DNA of 49,665 bases, counting the filler, from an uncultured virus (IMG/VR IMGVR_UViG_2049941000_000413) (Duplodnaviria; Heunggongvirae; Uroviricota; Caudoviricetes). It is 38 parts of one record of this genome, joined end to end, with 100 filler letters (N's around TTAATTAATTAA, not from the genome) between each part and the next. Parts side by side here need not be neighbours in the genome. Positions count along the whole stretch, not along the records: positions 24,083 to 25,622 come from IMGVR_UViG_2049941000_000413; positions 25,723 to 27,658 come from IMGVR_UViG_2049941000_000413; positions 27,759 to 28,284 come from IMGVR_UViG_2049941000_000413; positions 28,385 to 30,900 come from IMGVR_UViG_2049941000_000413; positions 31,001 to 34,477 come from IMGVR_UViG_2049941000_000413; positions 34,578 to 35,650 come from IMGVR_UViG_2049941000_000413; 32 more parts are not named here. One strand, given 5' to 3'. This document shows positions 24,083 through 34,678 of this stretch, one piece after another (the first letter of the stretch is position 1; the number at the start of each line of letters is the position of its first letter). The notes under the pieces were generated by a model that saw only the letters and a list, made by a program, of their open reading frames with translations, had not been told where the DNA came from and searched no databases. A program made the position numbers and the translations under genes.

Positions 24083-25401
24083 TGAACGAGCCCCTTGTAA
24101 TGTCTGCAAGATGTCTTGCAAGCACACTTGGTTTCCGCCATTGTCATAGAAGTAAATTTTACCATCTTCACGAACCTCAAGGGCATTCTTTCTATCATTG
24201 TTTTTACCAATACCAACACTGAACATTGTGGAACCAGTACCAGTAGCAGATACATTATATTTACCACAAGCGAACTCAGCGGCGTTATTTGTCACAGTAC
24301 CAGAACCTATTGCGTGAGAGGCGTTACCGATAGCCGATGTAGCATTCCCACCAGCGTGACTATTTTTACCGTTTGCGTGCGTTGACTCTCCTTCGGCGTG
24401 AGAATTCACACCATTCGCTTGTGTCCGGTGCCCTTCGGCGTGGGAACTTACACCGCTTGCACAACTACCAGAACCCTCTGCGTGAGAGTAATCACCAAGA
24501 CCACTTGTACTATTTCCCTCACTGTGAGACGCTTGTCCTTCAGAATAGGTTGAAAAACCTTCTGAGTGAGAACCTATCCCATTAGCAATAGTTCCAGTTT
24601 CATTTGGGTCGAAATACTGACCATACACTGGATTGGAATCCGTGTGCCCAGATACTACCGCTCGTAAATTCTCATTATTTAATTCAACTTTAATATACCC
24701 AACAGCGTCAGGAAGAGTAGGACTAAAAATAGCCTCCGAAATACCATAGAGTCCATCATTTACCAATAAGAAATTCCCAGTATAAGCGGTAAAATCACGT
24801 GCTGGATGCTCAACTATTGCATCATAGTTTTCATTATCGCTTTCATAGAGACCTAGTCGTGTTGGAAGTATTGCACCTTCAGCGTGCGAAGCCATCGCCG
24901 AAGCATTACTTAAGAACCCCTCCGAGTGAGAGGCTACACCGACTGCGGATGTGCTTTCACCAATAGCGTTAGCGTACATACCATTGGTGTAGTTATAGTG
25001 ACCGCAGGCGAATGATGCATATCCCATCGCACTGTTTGACCTACCCAGTGCCACAGATGAAGCCGCTACCGCTGAGTTGGCGTCACCAGGCTCACCAACA
25101 ATATTACCAGACCCCATTGCAACTGACATTGCACAGTAAGCGGAGTTGGCATAACCATGTGCAAACGAATCCCTTCCAGCCGCTAACGACTGTCTACCGC
25201 CCACGTGGGAGTTCTCACCGCTAGCGGTGTTGTTATAGCCTTCGGCGTGAGACCTTGTACCAGATGCGGTAGTTGCACTTCCCTCGGTGTGCGATAGTTC
25301 TCCGAGTGCATTTGTCGAATAACCTTCTGCGTGCGAATAATTGCCATATGCCTTATTACTACATCCTTCAGCATGTGCACCAAGACCAGAAACTCTGTTA
25401 T
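24083..25401 (-). CDS. Tail fibre/adhesin with YadA-head-like 14-aa repeats
   Basis: Many SHAEGxxTxAxGxx repeats; terminal FSVGIG...RKNALEV..DGKIY; frame is open upstream to the contig edge. Confidence 0.8.
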
Positions 25402-25723
25402 NNNNNNNNNNCCAACTTACACAGATAGATAAGCAAGAACTGGTCGGTCAATTCCATAAGAAGTTGGTGGAGGAGGTGATTGCATTCTGTGATGAGATTG
25501 AAATCTGCCCAAGAGCAATGTCGCTGAATATTGATATGCTTGACATCGCGATAAATTACGGGTGTTGGACGGCGGCCACGGATTCGGCACTTGTGTTCAG
25601 CGAAGACGATAAGTTCAAAAATNNNNNNNNNNNNNNNNNNNNNNNNNNNNNNNNNNNNNNNNNNNNTTAATTAATTAANNNNNNNNNNNNNNNNNNNNNN
25701 NNNNNNNNNNNNNNNNNNNNNNT

Positions 25724-26155
25724 GTGGCCGAAATGGCCCAGAGTGAATTTAGCAAGACTGGACTTGATGTAGTTGGAGCAACTCTTCGAGTTATGTCAGT
25801 AGTGAAGGCAAAGGAGATTGTAAAGGTTTCCAGAGCAAGTGCGGCAACAGAGTTTTTAACCAAGGACGAGGACATCGTTCAGATGTTCATTTACGAGGCG
25901 GCTCTCGAGAGGTTTGACGAAGAGGACCAGAGGAAGTTCTTCGAGATGGCACTGAGTGTGTTGTCTTTTGACTCCGAGAAATGCAAACTGCTTGTTGATT
26001 CAACGCCCAATGCGGCAGTCATCAATATGTGCCGGAAATATGGCAACGATTTCATCGAGAAGGTTGAATTGCAGAACATAGTAATCCAGAAAATCGAGGA
26101 GGAAGAGAAAGAGGCGAAAGCCGCCGCTAAAGAGGCGAAAGCCAATAAGAAGTAA
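25724..26155 (+). CDS. Hypothetical protein, C-terminal part
   Basis: Open helical frame with stop. Confidence 0.55.
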   Translation: MAEMAQSEFSKTGLDVVGATLRVMSVVKAKEIVKVSRASAATEFLTKDEDIVQMFIYEAALERFDEEDQRKFFEMALSVLSFDSEKCKLLVDSTPNAAVINMCRKYGNDFIEKVELQNIVIQKIEEEEKEAKAAAKEAKANKK

Positions 26156-26170
26156 AACCGTTCCATCCTT

Positions 26171-26890
26171 GTGTTAAAAGAATGGCTTGAAAGTAGAGAA
26201 AACAGAATAATAACAAACAGTGACCTCGACGGAGTATTCTCTGCGATGTTACTACAGAAGTTCTTCGGAACGAAGGTTGTCGGAATAACCAACAGTGCCG
26301 ACGTCATCATAGCAGAGACGTGGGGAGATTTTGTAAACGCGGCGTATGTGGATATGTTTATGGCAGACCCAAAGGTGTCGTGCATAGACCAGCACATAAT
26401 AGCGTACGACCGTTATGAATGCGAAGCGTTGAAACAAAATCCGAACAAGTTGAATCCCAACCTTTCAAGGTTCCGCTCCTTTAAGGAAGATTATCAGAGG
26501 AAATTTCCTTTAAGCACCTTCCATTATCTTCTGATATTGTTGAAAAAAGACGGTTTAGACTATGTCAATAACTCTGACTGGTTCAAAAAACTGTCGTTAA
26601 GGATAGACGATGTTCNNNNNNNNNNACACCGTCAAGTACAGAGACAATATCGAGGACTGGATGAGGTTTACTGGGGATGCACCCTCCTTTCTGTCGAATT
26701 CGCTGGAATGGGCGTTCAGTAATGCTGATACCGTTCCAGCGATAAAGGCAGAGGTTGAATCTTTCTTGAAGACCTCGTTCAACTGTGAAACGAGGGATGG
26801 GGGGTTTAAGAACATTCTGGTTGATGGAAAGATGAATCCAGATTTAAGGAGGCTCTTTCGGTATGTGGCAGAACTGTTCAATGTCGACGT
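26171..26890 (+). CDS. DHH-family-like phosphoesterase (two contigs)
   Basis: NSDLDGVFSA, YVD, CIDQH, KFPLST. Confidence 0.6.
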
Positions 26891-26900
26891 NNNNNNNNNN

Positions 26901-27658
26901 TACAAGCAAGTCCGCTTCATAGGGGATATTCACGGTGAATTTGCCCCTATGGTATGGGACATCATCGAGAGGAAGAAACTCTCGGACACCCTTGTCGTCG
27001 TATGCGGCGACATAGGTATGGGTTTCTCGAAACCACAGTATTATACACAAGAGTTTGCATACCACGAGAAGAAACTCTCAAAAAACAATGTTATGGTTGC
27101 AATGCTTCGAGGAAACCACGACAACCCACTTTATTTCAATAACCCAGAATTGGTTGAGGGTTATACGGAGCCAGGTCACATTAAACTGGTTCCAGATTAT
27201 TGTATACTGAAGACTGTGTGTGGCAACATTCTTTGCATTGGCGGTGCTCGGTCGCTTGACAAGACAATGCGAGTCCCAGACATCAGTTGGTGGGAGGGTG
27301 AAATGGTCACTCCGCCGTCCCCAGAGTTCTATGATGAACTCGATGATTCTGGCGTCAAGGTAGACGTTGTATGCACCCATACAGCCCCTTCCGTGGCAAA
27401 ACCAATCGACGAGGTATTAGACCCAACAAGTCAACTGATATTGTGGTCGAGTCACGACAAAGAGGTGATTGACGACAACAAGAGAGAAAGAGGACTGTTG
27501 ACGGATATCTTCAACGCACTAAAAGAGCGAGGTCATATTGTCCACCATTGGATATATGGGCATTATCATACGTCGCTTTATAGAGAGTTTGCTGGCACGG
27601 TATTCATCGGTCTTGATATGTTGAGGCGAAACGGAAGATTCTGTGACTGGTATGAAAT
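26901..27658 (+). CDS. Calcineurin-like metallophosphoesterase
   Basis: GDIHG, CGDIG, RGNHD, THTAP, GHYH. Confidence 0.88.
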
Positions 27659-27937
27659 NNNNNNNNNNNNNNNNNNNNNNNNNNNNNNNNNNNNNNNNNN
27701 NNTTAATTAATTAANNNNNNNNNNNNNNNNNNNNNNNNNNNNNNNNNNNNNNNNNNNNAAATGGTACAAACCCAAGTGGATGCTCAAGTATTTTCCGCTT
27801 ACCGTCACATCCCACAGCGTATTGTGGAAGGATAAATGGGACTCCCCAAGATTTGAGAGACCGGGCATATTCTCCTTGATATGGGGAACCGACATAATGA
27901 AGGCGGTGCAGTTCTGCTTTATAGTGGNNNNNNNNNN

Positions 27938-28284
27938 ATGCGTACATTAATAGTCCTTATACTTCTAAGCAGTATAACTTTAGTTGCACTATTTCTAAAC
28001 CACAGAACAAGGTTGATGCGGAGACTGAAACAACACAGAAAGACTGAAGAAATGAAGGTAAACGAAATCATTAGAGACATCTATAAGGATGCCTACAAGG
28101 AGGCAGACCCTCCAGCAGACTATGACGAGTTGAAGACAGACCCTCCAATGAAAGTGTTCGGCGACGGAAGCAGACACAAGGAGATTGACTACAATGAGCA
28201 CGAAATCGGGGAAACCAGGTTTAGTGAGATTGTGGAGTTGCACATTAAGAAAAACAAACTAAAGGGCGAGATTGCGGACAAGGT
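27938..28284 (+). CDS. Hypothetical protein with N-terminal TM segment
   Basis: MRTLIVLILLSSITLVALFL. Confidence 0.5.
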
Positions 28285-28384
28285 NNNNNNNNNNNNNNNN
28301 NNNNNNNNNNNNNNNNNNNNNNNNNNNNTTAATTAATTAANNNNNNNNNNNNNNNNNNNNNNNNNNNNNNNNNNNNNNNNNNNN

Positions 28385-29078
28385 GGTCCACCGCTTTTCG
28401 CATCCGTTTGATGAAGACGCACAAGCAACAAGGTATGCCATCAATCACGGCAAGACAAAGGAGTATTGGCTCGACGAATGGAAGTACAAGAGTCTCAAGG
28501 CAACCACAACCGGCACACTCGTGCACGAGTTTGGAGAATCGTTGGGGTGGCTCCGTGCTGGGCACCCAGAGTTTATAACCACAAGTTGTAAACCGAAGTA
28601 CATTGCGGACAAGGGTTGGCTCGTGCCGACTCGTCCCAAAGAAGAGGCAATCATTAAGTTCTTCGATGAACTGCCTCCAGACCTACATTTTGTGCTGAAT
28701 GAGACCAAGGTCTATTCAAACAAGAATCCCAAGTTTCAGACCAAGCAACAGTATTGCGGCACTTTTGATTTGCTGTTTTACTACAAGCATCCGTATGATG
28801 ACACAAAAAGCGGTCTTGTGATTTATGACTACAAGACAAATGCGTCATTGGTCAAAGAATACTCAAGGGCACACAACAAGATGATGCTGGAACCTTTCGA
28901 ACATCTTTATGATGAACCATTGGGCACATACACCTTGCAGTTGTCAGCATACCAGATTCCGCTCGAGGACATTGGTCTCAAAGTGATTGGGCGCAGACTT
29001 GTCTGGCTGGAAGATGATGGCACATATGAGATTAGAAAATTGAATGATGAAAGCAGTAAATTAAGAATGGTATTATGA
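28385..29078 (+). CDS. PD-(D/E)xK superfamily exonuclease
   Basis: GTLVHE, GTFDLL, IYDYKTN, YTLQLSAY. Confidence 0.85.
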
Positions 29079-29458
29079 TTACAGTTGCATTAGACTTTGA
29101 TGGGACCGTTGTTGAGCATAGATATCCAGAAATCGGCGAAGAAGCCGATGGGGCCGTTGACGTTATGAAGAAATGGGTCGACAAATACAATGTGGGGTTC
29201 ATTCTTGATACAATGAGGGATGGCAAAGAACTTGAAGACGCTATCCAATGGTTTAACGACAGAGGAATTATTCTGTATGGGATTGGGAAGAATCCAACCC
29301 AGAATAGATGGACAACATCGACGAAGTGTCACGCACACTTTTCAATTGACGACCGCAACATCGGTTGTCCAATGAAGGGGGAAGTTGTTGACTGGAAGGC
29401 GATTGACGAAATGATGTCACCTTATTTCGATAAAATTACAACAAATATGACAAAATGA
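29075..29458 (+). CDS. HAD-superfamily hydrolase (BT0820-like)
   Basis: LDFDGTVVEHRYPEIG, terminal IDDRN. Confidence 0.8.
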   Translation: MITVALDFDGTVVEHRYPEIGEEADGAVDVMKKWVDKYNVGFILDTMRDGKELEDAIQWFNDRGIILYGIGKNPTQNRWTTSTKCHAHFSIDDRNIGCPMKGEVVDWKAIDEMMSPYFDKITTNMTK

Positions 29459-29634
29459 CATCTTTATTAACCAAAATATTCACTGGCACGATTCGTGCAC
29501 CTTTCACTGGAAACTTGCTGAGTTGCCCATTCAAGGAATGGTGGCTTGCCCGGAAATATTTCAAGAGACCACGCATCAAGTTCTATTGTGGCAGAATTGG
29601 ACGAAGGTTCGTTGGATTTCGTGCGGAAGACAGC
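29455..29634 (+). CDS. Hypothetical protein N-terminus (may continue at 27759-27927)
   Basis: ATGA-coupled start; not DnaK-like. Confidence 0.45.
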
Positions 29635-29645
29635 NNNNNNNNNNG

Positions 29646-30252
29646 TTTTGAGGCTCTTGAGGCAGCCCACTTGAAACCAGAAGAAATCGATGAGGTTATT
29701 CTTGTGGGTGGTTCAACAAGAATTCCAGCAATCCAGAATCTGGTAAAGAGCGTTTTCGGCAAGGAACCATCAAAGTCGGTCAACCCAGATGAAGCAGTAT
29801 CGCTCGGTGCCGCAATCCAAGGTGCAATCTTGACAAGAGAGGAAGGTGCTGACGACATTGTTCTGCTTGATGTTACCCCAATTTCTATGGGTATTGAGAC
29901 TGCTGGAGGTGTGTTCGCCAAACTTATTGAGGGTAATACCACAATCCCTTGTAAAAAATCGCAGATTTTCACAACAGCAGAGGACAATCAGACAGGTGTT
30001 GAGATTCGTGTTTTGCAAGGTGAGAGACCTATGGCGAATGACAACAAATCAGTGGGCTTGTTCCGCCTTGACGGAATTATGCCAGCACCAAGAGGTGTTC
30101 CTCAAATCGAAGTAACTTTCAACATTGACGCTGACGGCATCCTAAAGGTTACCGCAATTGACAAAGCGACACAGAAAGAGCAGTCAATCACAATCGAGGG
30201 CGGCACCAGTCTGTCAAGCGAGGAGGTCGAGAGAATCAAGGCTGAAGCCAAG
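29646..30252 (+). CDS. dnaK: DnaK (Hsp70), ATPase end and substrate-binding domain
   Basis: [16 protein letters not shown], linker [18 protein letters not shown]. Confidence 0.95.
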
Positions 30253-30263
30253 ANNNNNNNNNN

Positions 30264-30900
30264 GTGGGACGAGTAGCGTACAAGGTTGTGAACGACAACG
30301 GCTACCCCAAAGTAGACATTGAGGGACGCCAGTACACTCCACAAGAGATATCCTCAATGGTCCTCCAGAAGATGAAGCAGACAGCAGAGGCATATCTTGG
30401 CACAGAGGTGAAGGATGCGGTCATCACAGTTCCAGCATACTTCTCGAACAATCAGAAGCAAGCGACAAAGGAGGCTGGTGAAATTGCTGGTCTCAACGTG
30501 CTCAGAATCGTAAACGAACCAACAGCAGCAGCGTTGGCATATGGACTGGATAAGCAAGACAAAGACTTGAAGATTAGCGTGTTTGACCTTGGTGGTGGAA
30601 CCTTTGATATATCAGTACTGGACTTTGGCGATGGTGTGTTTGAAGTTTTGTCAACAAACGGTGACACCCACCTTGGTGGCGACGATTTCGACCAGGTAAT
30701 CGTAAAATGGATAGTGGACACCTTTAAGGAGGAAGAGAACTTTGACCTTACAAAAGACAAAATGGCGTTGCAACGTCTAAAAGAAGCGGCTGAAAAGGCT
30801 AAGATTGAATTGTCAAGTTCATTATCAACAGAGATTAATCTGCCTTACATCACAGCGATAGACGGAGTACCAAAGCATTTTGTAAAGTCACTCACAAGGG
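30264..30900 (+). CDS. dnaK: DnaK (Hsp70), ATPase domain part
   Basis: [32 protein letters not shown]. Confidence 0.95.
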
Positions 30901-31002
30901 NNNNNNNNNNNNNNNNNNNNNNNNNNNNNNNNNNNNNNNNNNNNTTAATTAATTAANNNNNNNNNNNNNNNNNNNNNNNNNNNNNNNNNNNNNNNNNNNN
31001 AG

Positions 31003-31373
31003 TCCAATCAAAGGTTTGTTGTGTCAGTGGCAAAGACATATGCCAGAAACAGCAATCTTATGGACCTCATAAACGAGGGTAACATTGGTATGCTTGAGGC
31101 GGTACGCAAGTTTGACCCTTCTTATGATGTAAAGTTTATATCGTTTGCTGTATGGTACATTAAACGAGCGATATCCTCATACATCATTTCGAGAGACAGA
31201 GCCATTCGCCCATCAAATGTGAGCAAGGTGTATCATCTGAAGTCGCTGGAGACGAGCAAGTTCATCCAGCAAGAAGAGCGCAACCCTACTGAAGAAGAAC
31301 TTTTCGATTTGGTGAATGCCAAACTTGACTCAAAGGTCAAAAGCAAGAGAGATATCCGAAATGTAATTGTGAC
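31003..31373 (+). CDS. Sigma70-family factor, regions 2-3
   Basis: NQRFVVSVAKTY, DLINEGNIGM, KFDP, KFISFAVWYI, RNPTEEEL. Confidence 0.9.
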
Positions 31374-31383
31374 NNNNNNNNNN

Positions 31384-31479
31384 TCGTACTAGTCTCACTC
31401 CCTCACCGAGTATTCTTCTCACGTTGTTCATAACCAGTCTACGTAAATCCGACTCGGTTAATCTAACTCTCTTTTTCAT
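31384..31479 (-). CDS. Protein with LTESDL leader (3' truncated, missed by ORF track)
   Basis: MKKRVRLTESDLRRLVMNNVRRILGEGVRLVR. Confidence 0.65.
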
Positions 31480-31493
31480 ATCTTTATGCTTTA

Positions 31494-31653
31494 TTATCTT
31501 CCTATATTTTGAATGCCTTGTTGGGCTTGCTGCATATTTCCCAACATATTATATAACGTTCCTCGCACTTGTTGGTTGTATTGTTGGTTGTAATTAGGTC
31601 CCTCGGGTTGCTGATACTGCTGTTGCTGTGGCTGTGGCTGGTGTTGCTGTGGG
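31494..31653 (-). CDS. Gln-rich C-terminal fragment
   Basis: PQQHQPQPQQQQYQQ...GR*. Confidence 0.5.
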
Positions 31654-31663
31654 NNNNNNNNNN

Positions 31664-32086
31664 CTAACGTCTTCTTGACGGAAGTGGTATTTATGCTTTC
31701 CGTCCGGTGTGGTCTCACCCTCAACCTTTTTACGCAGTTTTGATTGCCTTGTGATTGGCTTTGTGTGTGGCCACATATCAGCGGCGATTTGTGCAAGGTC
31801 GATACCGGGAGAACGCAGAGTAGCACGCAATGAGTTCTCAAGCGACTTACTAACGTTCGGGTTTCTGCCGCTGGTGTTTGTTGGGTCTTCTGCGTGGCGT
31901 TCTTCTCTTCGCCTCTCAAGTTCCTTAATCCTATCCTCTCTAGATTGCTTAAAGTTTCTGGGTTTAAGTTTCTTGTATCCCTTTTTAGACTTCTTTTTCT
32001 TATCAGCCTCCATCAGATTGACGGCACGACCGATTTCATATCTTGCTATGTTATTTACTGCTTCTAAAAGATATCTCATATCTGTA
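31664..32086 (-). CDS. Basic hypothetical protein fragment, possibly DNA-binding
   Basis: TDMRYLLEAV...LMEA then Lys/Arg-rich region and IDLAQIAADMWP. Confidence 0.5.
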
Positions 32087-32096
32087 NNNNNNNNNN

Positions 32097-32416
32097 ATAC
32101 TTGGAGTTTCTAAGAATGCGACAGACGAAGAGATAAAGAAAGCCTATCGCAAACTTGCGGTTCAATATCATCCCGACAGACAGCAAGACAAGAGCGAAGA
32201 GGAACGAACTGCCGCCGAAGAGAAGTTCAAGGAAATCGCCGAGGCGTATGAGGTTCTGTCCGATAAGGAGAAGAGGGCCGAATACGACAATCCTATGCGA
32301 GAGTTTAAGTTCTCTGGCAATATAGACCTGGATGAAATCATCAGAAGGTTCAGACAGAACTTTGGTGGTTTTGAATTTGGCGACTTCTTTGGTCAGAACA
32401 ACGCACAACCCTCCCC
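32097..32416 (+). CDS. dnaJ: DnaJ, J domain
   Basis: [35 protein letters not shown]-rich region. Confidence 0.93.
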
Positions 32417-32428
32417 NNNNNNNNNNAT

Positions 32429-32668
32429 CTGTACGATGACGAATCAGAACAGAAACATAAGGATTGGTTGACACACGAACTCCTCAAGGTTTGTACGAAG
32501 CAAGAGAAGGATGTCATATGCTACAAATTTGGAATCGATTGCGAAAGACCCTATTCCACATCAGAGGTTGCAGAGAAACTCGGAAGGTCTGCGGTCACAA
32601 TCAAACACATTGAGCGGAAGGCAATGCGGAAACTCAAGAGTGCGGCACAGAGTGTGAAAATGTATTAA
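32429..32668 (+). CDS. Sigma70 region 4 (C-terminus of the 31003 gene)
   Basis: QEKDVICYKFGI...SEVAEKLG...IERKAMRKLK. Confidence 0.8.
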   Translation: MYDDESEQKHKDWLTHELLKVCTKQEKDVICYKFGIDCERPYSTSEVAEKLGRSAVTIKHIERKAMRKLKSAAQSVKMY

Positions 32669-32677
32669 AAAAATAAG

Positions 32678-32717
32678 AAATGGACAAGTCTTAATGATTT
32701 GTCCATTTTCTTTTTTT
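32678..32717 (+). terminator. Intrinsic terminator after the sigma gene
   Basis: AAATGGACAAGTC / GATTTGTCCATTT stem followed by a T-tract. Confidence 0.8.
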
Positions 32718-32729
32718 GTNNNNNNNNNN

Positions 32730-33394
32730 AAGAGTTTAAATATACCAGACATATTCGATGCAGAGAATGTGACGGAACTACAATCGGAAAGAATTCTCAT
32801 ATAGACACTTGTCCGTATTGTGGCGGTAGCGGGAGAGTTGTAAGTTCTATGGGGGTATGGCAGACCGTGTCTCCTTGCCCGCATTGCAATGGGACTGGAC
32901 AGATAGTACAGAATCCTTGCCGTCGTTGTAGCGGCACCGGATTTGAGACGGAAACCAAAACGATAAGCATAAACATCCCCAAAGGCGTTGCCGACGGAAT
33001 GGCACTGACCATCGTTGGGGGTGGAAATGAGGCACAAGACTCACGAGCAATGAACGGCGATTTACAAATTGTAGTTGAGGTCAAGGAAGACGAGAAGTTT
33101 ACAAGGTATGGAGACAACCTCGTATACCAGTTAAATGTTCCAGTCCTAACTGCCATACTTGGCGGCAAGGTGCCATTTGTATCTCTGGACGGAAAGAATC
33201 TGAAAGCCAAGATACCGCAAGGGGCTGAGAGTGGTGAACGCATCATATTCACTGGTCACGGTCTCCCCAATATAAACAGTGGGGAATATGGCGACCTTTA
33301 TGCTATCTTAAACCTTGTGGTTCCCAAAAAGTTAAATAAAAAAGAGAAGGAGTTACTCAAAGAACTAAAGAAACAAGAGCACTTCAAACAATGA
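32730..33394 (+). CDS. dnaJ: DnaJ, zinc-finger and C-terminal domains
   Basis: Four CxxCxG(xG) repeats, IPKGV, GDL, TGHGLP. Confidence 0.93.
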
Positions 33395-33940
33395 TTAATT
33401 ACATTAAAGATGTAAATATAGAGGAACACGTCAATGAGTACGAATATATACTCGTTGGCACAAACACCTACTGCACGATGTCACAAGGGTTCCAGCGAAT
33501 CATTATGCTGGACTATCCAGAAGTGTGGAAGCAGAATCTTGCAACCAAATATGCCGACCCAGAGAAGTTGGGCACCATATTGGTATGTGAGAAGGGTGAA
33601 AACGAACCCACCTTTGTGCTTTTGTTTATTTGCGACAGTTACAATTTCCATCCAAAGACACGGAGCGACTATTTGTCGTACGAGGCACTCGAGAAATGTA
33701 TGAAAGAGGTCAACATAAGACTTAAAGGCAAGAGAATTGCCACGACGTTTCTTGGTGCCTCCAGATTCGACGGCAACGGCGACCGTGAGCGAATCAAAAA
33801 AATCCTTGAGGACAACTCAGACAATCTGGATTTGACCATCTACGACTATTTCCAGAAGTCCAAGAATGAAATTGCAATGGAGGAGATGAAATATGAGATT
33901 TCACTTCTTGGCGTGGACGAGGAAAAACGCCGACAAGTAG
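33391..33940 (+). CDS. Macro-domain-like protein
   Basis: TNTYCTMSQGF...YP...KLGT, IATTFLGA..GNGD resemble the phage macro/Poa1p-like pattern. Confidence 0.5.
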
Positions 33941-33950
33941 NNNNNNNNNN

Positions 33951-34263
33951 AGGGGATGACAGGATAGTTTTCGACAGAAGGATGATGTTCAACCTCGGCT
34001 CTCATTTACTGGAGGATATGGCGATGATTCTTGGTCTTGAGGACCAAGCGATACCCGGTACAGAAAATGACCCAGATGGACGCGCTTACAAGGATGAGGC
34101 GGAGGATTATATGCTCAATCTCCACGACTATCTAAGAGACAATCTGTATGACATTGAAACTCTCATTCACCAGTATGTGACGAGAGGCGGACTAAAACCA
34201 GGTACATACAAGTGCAAGGATAACGAACTTATTTGGGAGCGAGATGGCGAAGAAAAAGAATAA
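33951..34263 (+). CDS. Hypothetical protein, C-terminal part
   Basis: Open frame overlapping the IF3 start. Confidence 0.5.
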
Positions 34264-34477
34264 GGGTATCCAGATAAGGAAATACCGCGTCAATGGGGAA
34301 ATACGCTACTTCGGTAATGTCCGTATTGTTGGAGAGGGAATTGAAACGAGGATTGTCGATTTCAGAGAGGCGAGAAGAATCGCCAACGAGATGGAACTCG
34401 ACCTTATCGAGTTGAACCCAAACGCCGAACCGCCGGTTATGAAAATCGCTTCTTATGAGAAGATGATTTATGAAATG
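34244..34477 (+). CDS. infC: Translation initiation factor IF-3, N-terminal domain
   Basis: RVNGEIR, VRIVGE, ELDLIELNPNAEPPVMKI. Confidence 0.88.
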
Positions 34478-34592
34478 NNNNNNNNNNNNNNNNNNNNNNN
34501 NNNNNNNNNNNNNNNNNNNNNTTAATTAATTAANNNNNNNNNNNNNNNNNNNNNNNNNNNNNNNNNNNNNNNNNNNNCACATTTTATATATA

Positions 34593-34599
34593 ATAAATA
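34593..34599 (-). promoter_or_regulatory. TATTTAT motif, divergent from the early promoter
   Basis: Minus strand reads GTATTTATTATATAT; downstream gene lost at the contig edge. Confidence 0.4.
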
Positions 34600-34625
34600 C
34601 TTCTTTGTTAAAAAAGTTTAAAAGG

Positions 34626-34657
34626 TTTGGTGGATTAAAAAATTGTATATACTTTTG
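34626..34657 (+). promoter_or_regulatory. Bacteroidetes-type housekeeping promoter
   Basis: TTTG (34626) - 20 nt - TACTTTTG (34650), upstream of ATG 34679. Confidence 0.75.
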
Positions 34658-34678
34658 CACCGAGAAACAATTAAAGGT

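Noticed and set aside
26610..27710. ORF-track fusions across N gaps (DHH-metallophosphoesterase here; also 29455-DnaK, 3085-neck, macro-33951, RecA-TK)
   Set aside because: In-frame by chance across arbitrary gaps in permuted scaffolds
28385..29078. Cas4 or CRISPR-associated nuclease
   Set aside because: No Cas4 Fe-S cysteine cluster, no array and no other cas genes; a generic phage PD-(D/E)xK nuclease
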